Positions 52,150 to 61,422 of a stretch of 64,000 bases of DNA are shown here, piece by piece. How positions within the stretch are numbered: position 1 is the first letter of the stretch; each line of letters opens with the position of its first letter. The notes below the pieces were generated by a model that was not told the DNA's origin, made no database searches, and saw only the letters and a list, made by a program, of their open reading frames with translations. The translations under genes were made by a program, and so were the position numbers. The stretch comes from Anaerolineae bacterium (lineage in GTDB: Bacteria > Chloroflexota > Anaerolineae > UBA1429): contig OY776562.1 in assembly GCA_963675785.1 (NCBI GenBank), positions 2,176,001-2,240,000 on the forward strand, read 5' to 3'.

Positions 52150-53481
52150 ATGGTAACCAAAACCAAGGAAATGATCCTCAAGGCAGCCAGCGAAAAGGAA
52201 CTTCGCTTCCTCGACCTCCAGTTCACAGACATCGTCGGTATGGTCAAGAACATCACTGTACCCGTGTCGCAGCTCGAAAGCGTTCTCGATAACGGGATCT
52301 GGTTCGATGGTTCTTCAATCGAGGGCTTTGCTCGTATCAGTGAGAGCGACATGTTCTTGCGCCCCGATCTCGATACATTTGCCTTTATTCCCTGGCAGAA
52401 TGGCGAACACAAGACCGCTCGAATCATCTGCAACGTATTCACACCATCCGGCGAGCGCTTTATGGGCGCCCCGCGCACGGCCCTTCAGGTTGCCCTAGAA
52501 GAGGCTGCCGAGTTGGGTTATGATTTCCGCACCGGCCCAGAGCTAGAGTTCTTCCTTTTCAAGACGGATGAAAACGGTGACCCCATTCCGGGTGCAACGC
52601 AAGATGATGCCGGCTATTTCGATTCCAGCATCGATCGCGGCACCTACGTTCGCCAGGCCATTACCACCGCCCTTGAGGGTTTTGGTATCGAGGTTGAAGC
52701 GGCTCACCACGAGGTGGCCAAAGGCCAGCAGGAAATCGACTTTAAATACGGCAACGCCCTCAAATCAGCCGACAGCGCTGTAACATTCAAGCTCGCTGCC
52801 AAGGCCATTGCTGAACAGAACGGGCTGCATGCTACTTTTATGCCCAAACCCATTGCTTATATCAACGGCTCGGGCATGCATGTTCACATGAGTCTTGCCG
52901 ACATCAAGACCGGCGAAAACCTCTTTGCAGATGACGCCGATCCTTATAGCCTCTCCAAGATCGCCAAGTTCTTTATGGCCGGCGTTCTCAAGCACGCCCG
53001 CGCTCTGGCAGGCATTGTTGCACCTACCGTCAACTCCTACAAGCGCCTTGTCCCCGGCTACGAAGCACCCGTTTATGTTAGTTGGGCGCGCATCAACCGC
53101 TCTGCACTCATTCGTATCCCGCGGTTTGCAGTACCCGCCGCCACCCGCATTGAGCTGCGCTGCCCCGATCCCAGCTGCAACCCTTACCTGGCCTTTAGTG
53201 TCATGCTCAAGGCCGGCTTGGATGGTATCAAAAACGAGATCGAGCTGATTGAACCGACCGAAGAGAACCTATTCGAGTCCGAATGGGCCCGTGAAGGTCT
53301 CGCCACGCTACCTGGTTCTCTCGGCGAAGCCATTGAAGAAATGCAAAAAGATCCCCTCATCGAAGAAGCTCTCGGTTCCCATATCTATGAGCGCTTTATC
53401 GATGCCAAGCAGCAGGAATGGGACGAGTATCGCCTTTCGGTCAGCCCATGGGAGCTCGACCGTTACATGAAAAAGTTCTAA
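52150..53481 (+). CDS. glnA: Glutamine synthetase type I (GSI-alpha-like)
   Basis: FDGSSIEGF.RI.ESDM, GPELEFF, HHEVA.GQ.EI, TFMPKP..NGSGMH, NSYKRLVPGYEAP, NRSAL.RIP, RIELR.PD. Confidence 0.98.
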   Translation: MVTKTKEMILKAASEKELRFLDLQFTDIVGMVKNITVPVSQLESVLDNGIWFDGSSIEGFARISESDMFLRPDLDTFAFIPWQNGEHKTARIICNVFTPSGERFMGAPRTALQVALEEAAELGYDFRTGPELEFFLFKTDENGDPIPGATQDDAGYFDSSIDRGTYVRQAITTALEGFGIEVEAAHHEVAKGQQEIDFKYGNALKSADSAVTFKLAAKAIAEQNGLHATFMPKPIAYINGSGMHVHMSLADIKTGENLFADDADPYSLSKIAKFFMAGVLKHARALAGIVAPTVNSYKRLVPGYEAPVYVSWARINRSALIRIPRFAVPAATRIELRCPDPSCNPYLAFSVMLKAGLDGIKNEIELIEPTEENLFESEWAREGLATLPGSLGEAIEEMQKDPLIEEALGSHIYERFIDAKQQEWDEYRLSVSPWELDRYMKKF

Positions 53482-53507
53482 ACAACGACTTTAAATTCAA
53501 CCAATTA

Positions 53508-53539
53508 AGAAAGGCCATGCATAAATGCATGGCCTTTCT
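53508..53539 (+). terminator. Terminator after glnA
   Basis: 15-bp perfect inverted repeat AGAAAGGCCATGCAT-AA-ATGCATGGCCTTTCT. Confidence 0.8.
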
Positions 53540-53940
53540 GGTTCTGCTCGGCAGCTTTTTGAGATGCCCCAACCTAAATAGAACGCGTCAGGGAAGGGAG
53601 CTGGTCACAAATGTAATACACTAGGCACAAGTGGCACCCCAACAATCTGGAGCAGTAAACCCAATTTTGCAGTGATGAGGTAGCAAGAACATACTCGCTA
53701 GAGAGATCCGGGAGAGACGCCTTTGTCTTCTCCCGGGGAATTTTCACCAAAGCAGCCAAATGATCACGCTGGCAGACACAGGGAGATTTGGATTTTGCGG
53801 CTGCTTTGGATGGCTTGACCTGTGTAATAGCACCTCCTCCCTCTACTAGAGTGCTTTTTACCCCACCCACGCCTACATCATAGGCAAGGCCTGTTCAAAA
53901 GCTGTTCAGCAAAAGTGAGGATAAAGTTGGGTTCGAAACC

Positions 53941-55197
53941 CTAACAATCTCGTGGAAGTCCTATTACCAATGCAAGAGAAGCCAATTGGATGATACCAGC
54001 AGCTGTCAAAGCACCTCGAATGCCTACCCAATCTGCAAGCGCCACGCCCACCACCGGCCCGAGGAATATCATCAGTTGACCGATCATGTTCCATACTGCG
54101 CCGAATCGTGGCTGCATCTCGCGAGTGCTATAGCCCAGCATCATATCGAACAAACCAACATCGATGCCGCCTACACTCAATCCCCACACCAAAGCAACGG
54201 GTACGATCCATACTGCCGAAGGGACCAGCGCCGTCAACAAAGGATAGAGCGCAGCACCTGCCCCTCCGAAAACTGCCAATGAACGATGCCCTAAACGATG
54301 AGCAAGCCGTCCCCACATCAAATAGCCCAAAACCAAGGCAAAATTAGCTACGGTGCCGCGAAAACCAATCAATGTGTCGGTTGCCGCAAGCTCGTTGACC
54401 CAAAAGAGGCTGTAAAGAGGAACGGCTATATTGAGAGAGAGGCGAAACGGCGCTGTTCGTAGAACAAAACGCATAAAGGGCTTGTGCTGCATAATTGGCT
54501 TGAAAAACTCTCCCCACCCTCCCTTGAGCATTGTGCTAGTGCGGGAAAGAGTAGCAAACGGCTCGATGCGTACCCGCGAGTAAATGAGGGGATCGAGCAG
54601 CGAGAGCAGAACTGTGCCCAAAAAAACAACCTGATAGTTGGTGGGGAATACAATCCTATCCAAAATCCAGCCGCACAAGGCGCTGGAGATAGCCATAGCT
54701 CCAGCCATCACAGCCCAGCGCACACTGTTCACGCGGGGGCGCCTTGCAGGACTAACAGCTCGACTTATCACCGTAGTAAAGGCAGGAGTCCCAAAAGCAT
54801 CAAGCAGTGTTGCCAAGGTCCATACGACGACCAACGCGTAAATAAGTGGCTCACTACTAAAGAAGAAAGGGAGTATCCCGCATATCAGCTGCACTACTCG
54901 CTTCACTGCCTGAACCTTACAACGCACTGCAACTTGGTTTGCGTAACGTTCAGAAAAAATGCTACCTGGTATCAGCAGAGCGCCCATCAACAAACCCGGT
55001 ACTGAATTGTAAATACCAAGTATCTCGGTCGAGGCTCCAAGTCTAGCGAGGAACACGGGCATGAACGCGACAATGCCCCCCATAGCAAGTCCCATGAAAA
55101 AGGCACTCGTAGTCAAAAACCAGGCATTGCGGTCCTCTTCATTGCGAGGACGTAGTTTGTTCCCCATACGCGTGATCACGGGAAACCGCACAGTCAT
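53941..55197 (-). CDS. MFS transporter
   Basis: About 12 hydrophobic segments, WGRLAHRLGHR loop motif; ATG 55197 after GGAGG. Confidence 0.85.
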   Translation of the reverse strand: MTVRFPVITRMGNKLRPRNEEDRNAWFLTTSAFFMGLAMGGIVAFMPVFLARLGASTEILGIYNSVPGLLMGALLIPGSIFSERYANQVAVRCKVQAVKRVVQLICGILPFFFSSEPLIYALVVVWTLATLLDAFGTPAFTTVISRAVSPARRPRVNSVRWAVMAGAMAISSALCGWILDRIVFPTNYQVVFLGTVLLSLLDPLIYSRVRIEPFATLSRTSTMLKGGWGEFFKPIMQHKPFMRFVLRTAPFRLSLNIAVPLYSLFWVNELAATDTLIGFRGTVANFALVLGYLMWGRLAHRLGHRSLAVFGGAGAALYPLLTALVPSAVWIVPVALVWGLSVGGIDVGLFDMMLGYSTREMQPRFGAVWNMIGQLMIFLGPVVGVALADWVGIRGALTAAGIIQLASLALVIGLPRDC

Positions 55198-55325
55198 TAT
55201 TGAGCCTCCATCATAGCCAATAGACCGAATTCTAGGCACAATAACGTTTCGGGCAACTGCCTGCATTGACACAGATTGGGCTCTCGCCTAGATTAGAAGC
55301 GAATTAACTTTGATGGGAGTACGCG

Positions 55326-55877
55326 ATGCAAATCATTAAAACACAGATTCCGGATGTCCTCATCATTGAGCCCCGTGTATTCGAGGATAGCCGCGGCTTT
55401 TTCATGGAGAGCTACAACAGACGCGATTTTACTGCTTTGGGGATTACAGACGATTTTTGCCAGGATAATCATAGCAAGTCCGTCAAGAACACGCTTCGCG
55501 GTCTGCATTATCAGACGGAGCCCGGGCAGGTCAAGCTTGTGAGAGTGATAGCTGGTGCAGTGCTTGATGTGGCCGTGGATATCCGTCACGGCTCGCCCAC
55601 CTTTGGCCAATGGGTGGGGGTAGAACTCTCTGCCGAGAACAAGCGCCTGCTTTATGTTCCAGTTGGCTTTGCCCACGGCTTTTGCGTCCTCAGTGACACA
55701 GCCGAGTTTCTTTACAAAGTTACTTCATATTATGATCCATCTGCCGAACGAGGTCTTGCCTGGGATGATCCCGATATCGCCATAGATTGGCCCACAGATA
55801 GCCCCGTCCTCTCAGAACGCGACAGACACCATCCGAGATTGTCCAAAGCCAAAGCGGACTTTTACTACAAAGGCTGA
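55326..55877 (+). CDS. rfbC: dTDP-4-dehydrorhamnose 3,5-epimerase
   Basis: FEDSRGFF.E, QDNHS.S..TLRGLH.Q, KLVRV..G.V.DVAVDIR.GSPTFG.W, GFAHGF, YKV. Confidence 0.96.
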   Translation: MQIIKTQIPDVLIIEPRVFEDSRGFFMESYNRRDFTALGITDDFCQDNHSKSVKNTLRGLHYQTEPGQVKLVRVIAGAVLDVAVDIRHGSPTFGQWVGVELSAENKRLLYVPVGFAHGFCVLSDTAEFLYKVTSYYDPSAERGLAWDDPDIAIDWPTDSPVLSERDRHHPRLSKAKADFYYKG

Positions 55878-55891
55878 TGCCAGGAATCTCC

Positions 55892-55923
55892 AAAAGAAAA
55901 ACGGGGCTCTTACGAGCCCCGTT
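55892..55923. terminator. Terminator between convergent rfbC and mtnA
   Basis: AACGGGGCTC-TTAC-GAGCCCCGTT with an upstream A-tract (U-tail for the minus strand). Confidence 0.8.
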
Positions 55924-55931
55924 ACTTATTT

Positions 55932-56981
55932 CTAGAGAGGTAATTCATCCGGCCGGTGAATGCCCAGTTGAGTGATGATGGCCGTCACCAGGCTGGCAGG
56001 TGTTACATCAAAGGCTGGATTCACCGCTTGGGCCCCCGAGTGGGCCAAGCGCACGCGTCCGAATTCGCCCGAATCGAGCAGCCCATAGGCATAGAGCACT
56101 TCGTCCGCTTCTCGCTCCTCAATAGGGATAGAATTACCAGAGGGGCAACTCACATCAAGGGTACTGATAGGCGCGGTTACATAAAAGGGAACGCCATGTT
56201 CCCTGGCGCACAGCGCTTTTTCATAGGTGCCGATCTTGTTGGCCACATCGCCATTGGCAGCAATGCGGTCAGCACCCACAATGACAGCATCCACCATACC
56301 ATGGCGCATCAGGTGGGCCGCCGCGTTATCGGCCAGAATAGCGTGGGGAATCCCCTCGCCTTCGAGTTCCCAAGCGGTGAGCCGAGCACCCTGGCTTCGC
56401 GGACGGGTCTCGTCCGCATAAACGAACACGCTCTTGCCCTGGCGCGCCGCTGCATAAACAGGTGCCAGAGCACTGCCCCAATCCACAAAAGCAAGCCAGC
56501 CCGCGTTGCAATGGGTCAACACACGGCATCCATCCTTCAGCAGCTCGGCGCCGTACTTGCCAATGCGTTCACCAGCCAATGCGTTCTCATCGGCAAGGGC
56601 TTCAGCGCGGTCCACCGCTGCCTGGCGAGCCGTAGCATATGATCCTGCTGCCACTGCCGCCGCCAAAACGGCATCCACTGCATAAAAGAGATCTTGAGCC
56701 GTAGGCCGGGTTTTGCGCAATGTCTCGGCGCCCGCCTGTAAATACGAATCAAAGCCGTCTCCATCGGGGGCTTCCAAAACGACCTGGGCCATGCCATAGG
56801 CAGCAGCAGCACCAATAGCGCCAGCACCGCGAACTATCATCGTTTTGATGGCGCACGCAGTATCAGTATGGTGTTTCAAATCAACGATCTCAAAACGATG
56901 AGGGATGAGCGGTTGATTGATCATACGCACCACGCCACCTACCATCCAGACCGTGCGATAGGGCACTCCGTCTACCAACAA
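55932..56981 (-). CDS. mtnA: Methylthioribose-1-phosphate isomerase
   Basis: MIVRGAGAIG, TRPTA, LTHCNAG.LA, ETRP..QGARLTAWEL, VGADRI..NGD.ANKIGTY, NPAFDVTP; TTG start after GGAGGT. Confidence 0.94.
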   Translation of the reverse strand: MLVDGVPYRTVWMVGGVVRMINQPLIPHRFEIVDLKHHTDTACAIKTMIVRGAGAIGAAAAYGMAQVVLEAPDGDGFDSYLQAGAETLRKTRPTAQDLFYAVDAVLAAAVAAGSYATARQAAVDRAEALADENALAGERIGKYGAELLKDGCRVLTHCNAGWLAFVDWGSALAPVYAAARQGKSVFVYADETRPRSQGARLTAWELEGEGIPHAILADNAAAHLMRHGMVDAVIVGADRIAANGDVANKIGTYEKALCAREHGVPFYVTAPISTLDVSCPSGNSIPIEEREADEVLYAYGLLDSGEFGRVRLAHSGAQAVNPAFDVTPASLVTAIITQLGIHRPDELPL

Positions 56982-56994
56982 AACATCACCTCCG

Positions 56995-57654
56995 CTACTG
57001 CTCTTCACCCTGCAAAAACTGCGCAATACCCTGCGCTATGCCTTCAGCCACAATCTCTGGCCTATCCTCCAGCAAACTGCGGTCATCGCTCATAAAACCA
57101 CATTCAATGATGGCTCCCGGTGTGGAAATATCGATCTCGCGAAAAGCATGATAATCGCTCATATCAGTAGTGATCGAGTTCAAATGCTTGGCCAGCCCCG
57201 TCGTCTCGGCATAAGCTGTGTATAGATACGAAACGAGCGCATCTTGATTTGCAGCCGTCGAAACAGTTGACCCGGCGATCTTGAACCCAGAAAAGCCAGC
57301 TACGCAAGAATCGCAGTGTATTGAAACAAAGGCATCGGCCTCCAACCCTTCAAGATCGGGGGAAAACTCGGCCATCACCCAGGCATCATAGCCCATATCC
57401 TCCAAACGCTGTGCCACCAGTCGGGCAATGGTCAGGTTGAGATCAACCTCACGCAACCCATCCGAGCAAACAGCCCCTGAATCGCTCTGCCAGTGCCCAG
57501 CGACAATGCCCACGCGTTGTTCAGCCGGCCGCACTGATTGCCACAAGCTCTGCACAGCCGGAAGCTCGCTCGCCGCCAACAGCAACAAGCCCACCACCAG
57601 AACCACCACAGCAAAGCGCACAAACCTCATAAACTTGCGTATCAAATCCCACAC
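56995..57654 (-). CDS. N-acetylmuramoyl-L-alanine amidase (Amidase_3) with N-terminal anchor
   Basis: AGH..D.GA, E..LNL, FVSIHCD, IIECGF. Confidence 0.85.
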   Translation of the reverse strand: MWDLIRKFMRFVRFAVVVLVVGLLLLAASELPAVQSLWQSVRPAEQRVGIVAGHWQSDSGAVCSDGLREVDLNLTIARLVAQRLEDMGYDAWVMAEFSPDLEGLEADAFVSIHCDSCVAGFSGFKIAGSTVSTAANQDALVSYLYTAYAETTGLAKHLNSITTDMSDYHAFREIDISTPGAIIECGFMSDDRSLLEDRPEIVAEGIAQGIAQFLQGEEQ

Positions 57655-57728
57655 TCTTTCAGCAGCCCTTATTCCGCCCTAGTTTACGGTCTACAGTGTG
57701 CACGGTCAATTGGTGCAATCTGTGCATA

Positions 57729-57757
57729 TTGACACAATCTACTTATGGGACTAGCAT
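57729..57757 (+). promoter_or_regulatory. Promoter of NSS transporter
   Basis: TTGACA-17bp-TAGCAT. Confidence 0.65.
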
Positions 57758-57851
57758 CGGCCCCGCGCTGTCTGCACATTCTTTCACAAGATGCGAATGC
57801 AGCAACAACGCAGTGATCTCATTTTTCGCTCAATGCTGAGGAGAGAGTACT

Positions 57852-59246
57852 GTGGAACGAAAAGCTTCACCCACCCAACGAGACGCCTTTGCAACACGTC
57901 TAGGCGTCCTTGCCGCCACCCTTGGTTCTGCTGTGGGCCTTGGTAACATCTGGAAGTTCCCCTATCTAACCGGGGAGAATGGCGGCGCCGCTTTTGTCAT
58001 CGTCTACATTGTTGCCACCCTGTTCGTTGGCCTACCAGTAATGATCTCTGAACATGCCATTGGCCGCATGACGCGCGCCAACGCCACCGATGCTTTTCGC
58101 AAGCTGGCTCCGAAAACACCATGGTGGCTCGTAGGTGTTGCGGGCGTTCTATCTGCTTTTTTCATCATGGCCTTTTATTCCGAAGTGGCCGGCTGGGTAT
58201 TGGCCTACATCGCCAAATCTGGCATCAGCCTGTTCCAGGGATCTGCAGGCGCACTGGCTACCAGTGACCCACTGGCCACATCCGCCGTTTTCAATGAGCT
58301 AGTATCCGATCCCCTGTGGTCTCTCATTGTCCAATGGGTGGCCCTGATCGGGGTGGGCGCCATCATTGCTGCTGGCGTCAGCAAAGGCATCGAACGCATG
58401 ACGAAAAGGCTCTTGCCCATCCTTTTTGTGCTTTTGCTTGTCGTATGTATACGCAGCCTTACCCTGGATGGCGCCAGCGAAGGGCTGAAATTCCTGTTCA
58501 AACCAGATTTCTCGCAACTTACCAGCAGTGCTGTTCTCGTAGCTATGGGCTTGGCCTTCTTTAAACTCTCAGTAGGCATGGGCACCATGATCACCTACGG
58601 CAGCTATTATCCAGATGATGCCAATATTCCTCACAACGCGATAAGAGTAATGCTCGCGGATGTTCTAGTTTCACTACTCGCTGGAATGGCCATATTCCCG
58701 GCCGTGTTTGCTTTTGGATTTGAGCCAGCAGCCGGACCTTCCCTGCTCTTTATCACCATTCCGGCAGTATTCAGCTCCATGCCCTTTGGTAGCTTCTTCA
58801 TGGTGCTTTTTTTCATTCTCAGCGCTGTTGCCGCCACCGGAGCCATGGTTTCCCTAGTAGAAGTGCCTGTCGCCCTGCTGCACGAGAAACTAGGCTGGAG
58901 CCGAATCGTCTCGACGGTTGTCACCGTGGTGCTCTTGGCTGCAATTGGTTCAACCGCAGCCTTATCCAGCAGCACCCTGGCTAATTTCCAGCTCTTTGGC
59001 AAGAACATGTTCGATCTCTTTGACTTTGCATCGTCGAACATCTTGCTGCCACTGGGTGGGTTCTTTATCAGCCTGTTCATTACCTGGCGCTTTGGCTTTG
59101 GCAACAAGGAACTGGTAGCCACATTGACCAATAATGGTACCCTCAAGAACACCTGGTTGGTCAAGACTTTTCTTGCGATCATCACAGTCGTAACACCAAT
59201 TGCTGTATTGATCATCTTGCTGGATGGCTTGGGGCTGTTCGCTTGA
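57852..59246 (+). CDS. Sodium-dependent amino-acid transporter (NSS/SNF family)
   Basis: GSAVGLGNIWKFPY..GENGG.AF, AFFKLS.GMG.M.TYGSY, GP.LLF..IP. Confidence 0.95.
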   Translation: MERKASPTQRDAFATRLGVLAATLGSAVGLGNIWKFPYLTGENGGAAFVIVYIVATLFVGLPVMISEHAIGRMTRANATDAFRKLAPKTPWWLVGVAGVLSAFFIMAFYSEVAGWVLAYIAKSGISLFQGSAGALATSDPLATSAVFNELVSDPLWSLIVQWVALIGVGAIIAAGVSKGIERMTKRLLPILFVLLLVVCIRSLTLDGASEGLKFLFKPDFSQLTSSAVLVAMGLAFFKLSVGMGTMITYGSYYPDDANIPHNAIRVMLADVLVSLLAGMAIFPAVFAFGFEPAAGPSLLFITIPAVFSSMPFGSFFMVLFFILSAVAATGAMVSLVEVPVALLHEKLGWSRIVSTVVTVVLLAAIGSTAALSSSTLANFQLFGKNMFDLFDFASSNILLPLGGFFISLFITWRFGFGNKELVATLTNNGTLKNTWLVKTFLAIITVVTPIAVLIILLDGLGLFA

Positions 59247-59262
59247 GCACGTTCTACCTGGC

Positions 59263-59290
59263 GAGGAGCATTGCAAAAGCGATGCTCCTC
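59263..59290 (+). terminator. Hairpin after the NSS transporter
   Basis: GAGGAGCATTGC-AAAA-GCGATGCTCCTC; no clear U-tract. Confidence 0.5.
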
Positions 59291-59307
59291 TGATATGGAA
59301 CGAACAT

Positions 59308-59336
59308 TTGCGAGCCAACTCTCGCCTGCCTATAAT
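59308..59336 (+). promoter_or_regulatory. Promoter of the FmdB-family gene
   Basis: TTGCGA-17bp-TATAAT. Confidence 0.65.
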
Positions 59337-59427
59337 TGGAGATGGTGGGCGTGAAACAAGCAGTAGCCCTATTGCATAGTGCATATTGATATTGCGCTCG
59401 CAAAAAAAAGCTCGGAGGTATTGATAA

Positions 59428-59709
59428 ATGCCAACTTATGGCTATAAATGTGACGAATGCGGCATCTACTTTGAGCGCTTTCAGCACTTCTCAGAAGATC
59501 CCATCAAGACATGCCCTGAATGCGGCGGCGATGTGCATCGCGTTATTCATCCCGTTGGAATCGTATTCAAGGGTAGCGGCTTTTATGTGACAGATAACCG
59601 CGGAAACTCGTCTACGGCTATCCCTGGCAAAAAAGCCGAAACCCCGAGTACCACTAGCGAAACTCCAGCCAAAGCCCCAGAAGCCCAAAAGAGCACCGCC
59701 AAGGATTAA
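59428..59709 (+). CDS. FmdB-family zinc-ribbon protein
   Basis: MPTY.Y.C..CG..FE..Q...CPECGG...FKGSGFY.TD plus a low-complexity tail. Confidence 0.93.
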   Translation: MPTYGYKCDECGIYFERFQHFSEDPIKTCPECGGDVHRVIHPVGIVFKGSGFYVTDNRGNSSTAIPGKKAETPSTTSETPAKAPEAQKSTAKD

Positions 59710-59724
59710 CAATCGTAAAAGCAC

Positions 59725-59760
59725 AAAGGCGTCACTCTGATTGAGTGACGCCTTTTATTT
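59725..59760. terminator. Bidirectional intrinsic terminator
   Basis: AAAGGCGTCACTC-TGATT-GAGTGACGCCTTT followed by TATTT, between convergent genes. Confidence 0.85.
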
Positions 59761-59775
59761 ATCCTGAACATCGGG

Positions 59776-60075
59776 TCAAATCTGAAAACCGGATACTCGT
59801 TCTGTAACCTTGTATACAAGGTCAGCGCCAAACTCTTGAAGGCGCGTATGAAGTTCGGCCCATTCTGCTGAGGCAAGAACCAGGTCAAGCGCTGCCTGGT
59901 CATCTGCCAGACTGCAAAGTACCGCGCGAGGGCCTTTGCTCCAGGGCGCATACCATGCTTCCGAAGGCTGCAAACCGATGGTTGGCATGATCTCGGCAAA
60001 GTCATGATTGATAAATTCGAGAAACTCGTTCTCCTTGCCGGCACGTATGTCGCAGGTGACAATCAACTTGATCAT
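59776..60075 (-). CDS. Small hypothetical protein (possible dimeric alpha/beta-barrel-like fold)
   Basis: GGAGG RBS before ATG 60075; MIKL..CDI..GKE.EF.EF...GL....AWY; fills the gap between terminator and dtd. Confidence 0.7.
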   Translation of the reverse strand: MIKLIVTCDIRAGKENEFLEFINHDFAEIMPTIGLQPSEAWYAPWSKGPRAVLCSLADDQAALDLVLASAEWAELHTRLQEFGADLVYKVTERVSGFQI

Positions 60076-60151
60076 GGTATCCTCCAACCCATAGTGCACC
60101 TATACTAGTGCTGGTTGGGCTGTATCGCAACTGAATTGGCGAGGAACAAAC

Positions 60152-60619
60152 ATGAGAGCACTAGTACAACGCAGCAAGCGCGGCGCTGTCAGCGTCGATA
60201 CTGAGATGCTGGGGGCCATTGGACAGGGATTAGTTATCATGGTAGGCGTCACACATGATGATCTGGAACAGGATGCCGCCTGGTTGGCCCAAAAGATCGC
60301 CCATCTGCGTATCTTTGAAGATGAGGCCGGCAAATTCGATCGTTCGCTCGTCCAAATCAGCGGCGGGGCGCTGGTTATATCCCAATTCACGCTTTATGGT
60401 GATACTCGCAAAGGGCGCCGTCCAAGCTTTAGTGATGCTGCTCAGCCCGCTGTTGCAGAACCCCTCATTGAACGCTTTTGTGAATTCCTCAAGACAGAAG
60501 GGGTGCCGGACGTTCAAACTGGCAAATTCGGGGCTCACATGTTGGTTGAAATTGAGAACGATGGCCCTGTCACCCTTTGGCTGGATACCAACATCTCTCG
60601 ACGCGGCAATCAAAAGTAA
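60152..60619 (+). CDS. dtd: D-aminoacyl-tRNA deacylase
   Basis: MRALVQR, LRIFED..GK, ISQFTLY.D.RKGRRPSF, G.FGA.M.V...NDGPVT. Confidence 0.97.
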   Translation: MRALVQRSKRGAVSVDTEMLGAIGQGLVIMVGVTHDDLEQDAAWLAQKIAHLRIFEDEAGKFDRSLVQISGGALVISQFTLYGDTRKGRRPSFSDAAQPAVAEPLIERFCEFLKTEGVPDVQTGKFGAHMLVEIENDGPVTLWLDTNISRRGNQK

Positions 60620-60621
60620 AC

Positions 60622-61422
60622 TCAGAGAGTCTCGTTGATACGCGCAGAAACTTGAGCAAGAGCATCTGGCTCACGATAGAGCAAGGCATCAATCTGAACC
60701 GCTGCAGCACCGTTCTCCAAGTACCAAAGAGCATCTTGTGTACTGGCAATGCCGCCACGGGCAATCACAGGAAGGTCTGTAGATTGCTGTACCTCTAGAA
60801 AGAGCCCCGTATAGAACGGCCAAGTGCCAGAACCATGCAATACACCCATCGTAGTCTGCTTTGGTACAAGAGCGGGTAGAGGCGCAGCGCAAACCAGGGC
60901 ATCGGCGCCGCCATCTGCCGCCATCTGCGCCATATCTTGAGCAAATATGGGAGAAAGCCTTACCAGAATCGGCAGGCCCACGCGTGGTTCCAGTACATCT
61001 AGGGCGAGGCTCACCATCTCGGCCTGATCCAAGTGCAATTCTATCGCGGCAAACACACGATTACGCGATAACCAGTTGGCTATATCGAGCAGACTATCCT
61101 CAGCCGCAATACGAATGGCCGCAATGATCGGCAGATCCAGTCCTTGCCACAAACGGCCATACTTGGAAAAAGCATGAGGCAAACCGGGGTTATAGTCACC
61201 AGGTGAAACAACCACACCCCCTGGCACACGATACAGCCGACGCTGCTCATCTCCTCGTGATTGCTCCCAAAACATCTCGGGGGTAACAAAAGCTCCGGCG
61301 CCGTCAAAAGAACCCGGCGGCGTCGGAGCCCAACCCAATGCGCCGCTAGCAGGCATAACACGCGAGTTCATCACGAGCTCGCGTTTGCCTATGCCAAGCA
61401 CAAGGGGTTCGCTGTTATTCAA
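60622..61422 (-). CDS. Dihydroorotate-dehydrogenase-like (PyrD-like) TIM-barrel protein lacking catalytic residues
   Basis: MPASG..G, GAFVT, NPG, LPILVRLSP, GADAL, PVIA.GGI...DA..YL..GA.AVQ; the NxSCPN loop is absent. Start at TTG 61422 is uncertain. Confidence 0.75.
   Translation of the reverse strand: MNNSEPLVLGIGKRELVMNSRVMPASGALGWAPTPPGSFDGAGAFVTPEMFWEQSRGDEQRRLYRVPGGVVVSPGDYNPGLPHAFSKYGRLWQGLDLPIIAAIRIAAEDSLLDIANWLSRNRVFAAIELHLDQAEMVSLALDVLEPRVGLPILVRLSPIFAQDMAQMAADGGADALVCAAPLPALVPKQTTMGVLHGSGTWPFYTGLFLEVQQSTDLPVIARGGIASTQDALWYLENGAAAVQIDALLYREPDALAQVSARINETL

Noticed and set aside
52080-52150. Cyanobacterial glnA (glutamine) riboswitch
   Set aside because: The conserved CGUU...GGAAGUA...GAAG.AACG elements are not seen.
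53555-53902. IS-end-like strings TTTTTGAGATGCCCC and AGGCCTGTTCAAAAG
   Set aside because: Poor mutual match, they point outward, and there is no transposase or target duplication.
59301-59314. CGAACATTTGCGA as a LexA box before the FmdB-family gene
   Set aside because: Right half-site GCGA has three mismatches to GTTC and is explained by the -35 element.
59338-59400. GGAGATGG start resembling a fluoride riboswitch
   Set aside because: The complementary P1 strand and downstream pseudoknot nucleotides are missing, and the adjacent gene is unrelated.
59722-59760. AC-AAAGGC-GT AxxGxx loop overlapping a terminator, resembling an ANTAR P2
   Set aside because: No P1 partner, and the next gene is convergent, so there is nothing to antiterminate into. 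It is an ordinary bidirectional terminator.
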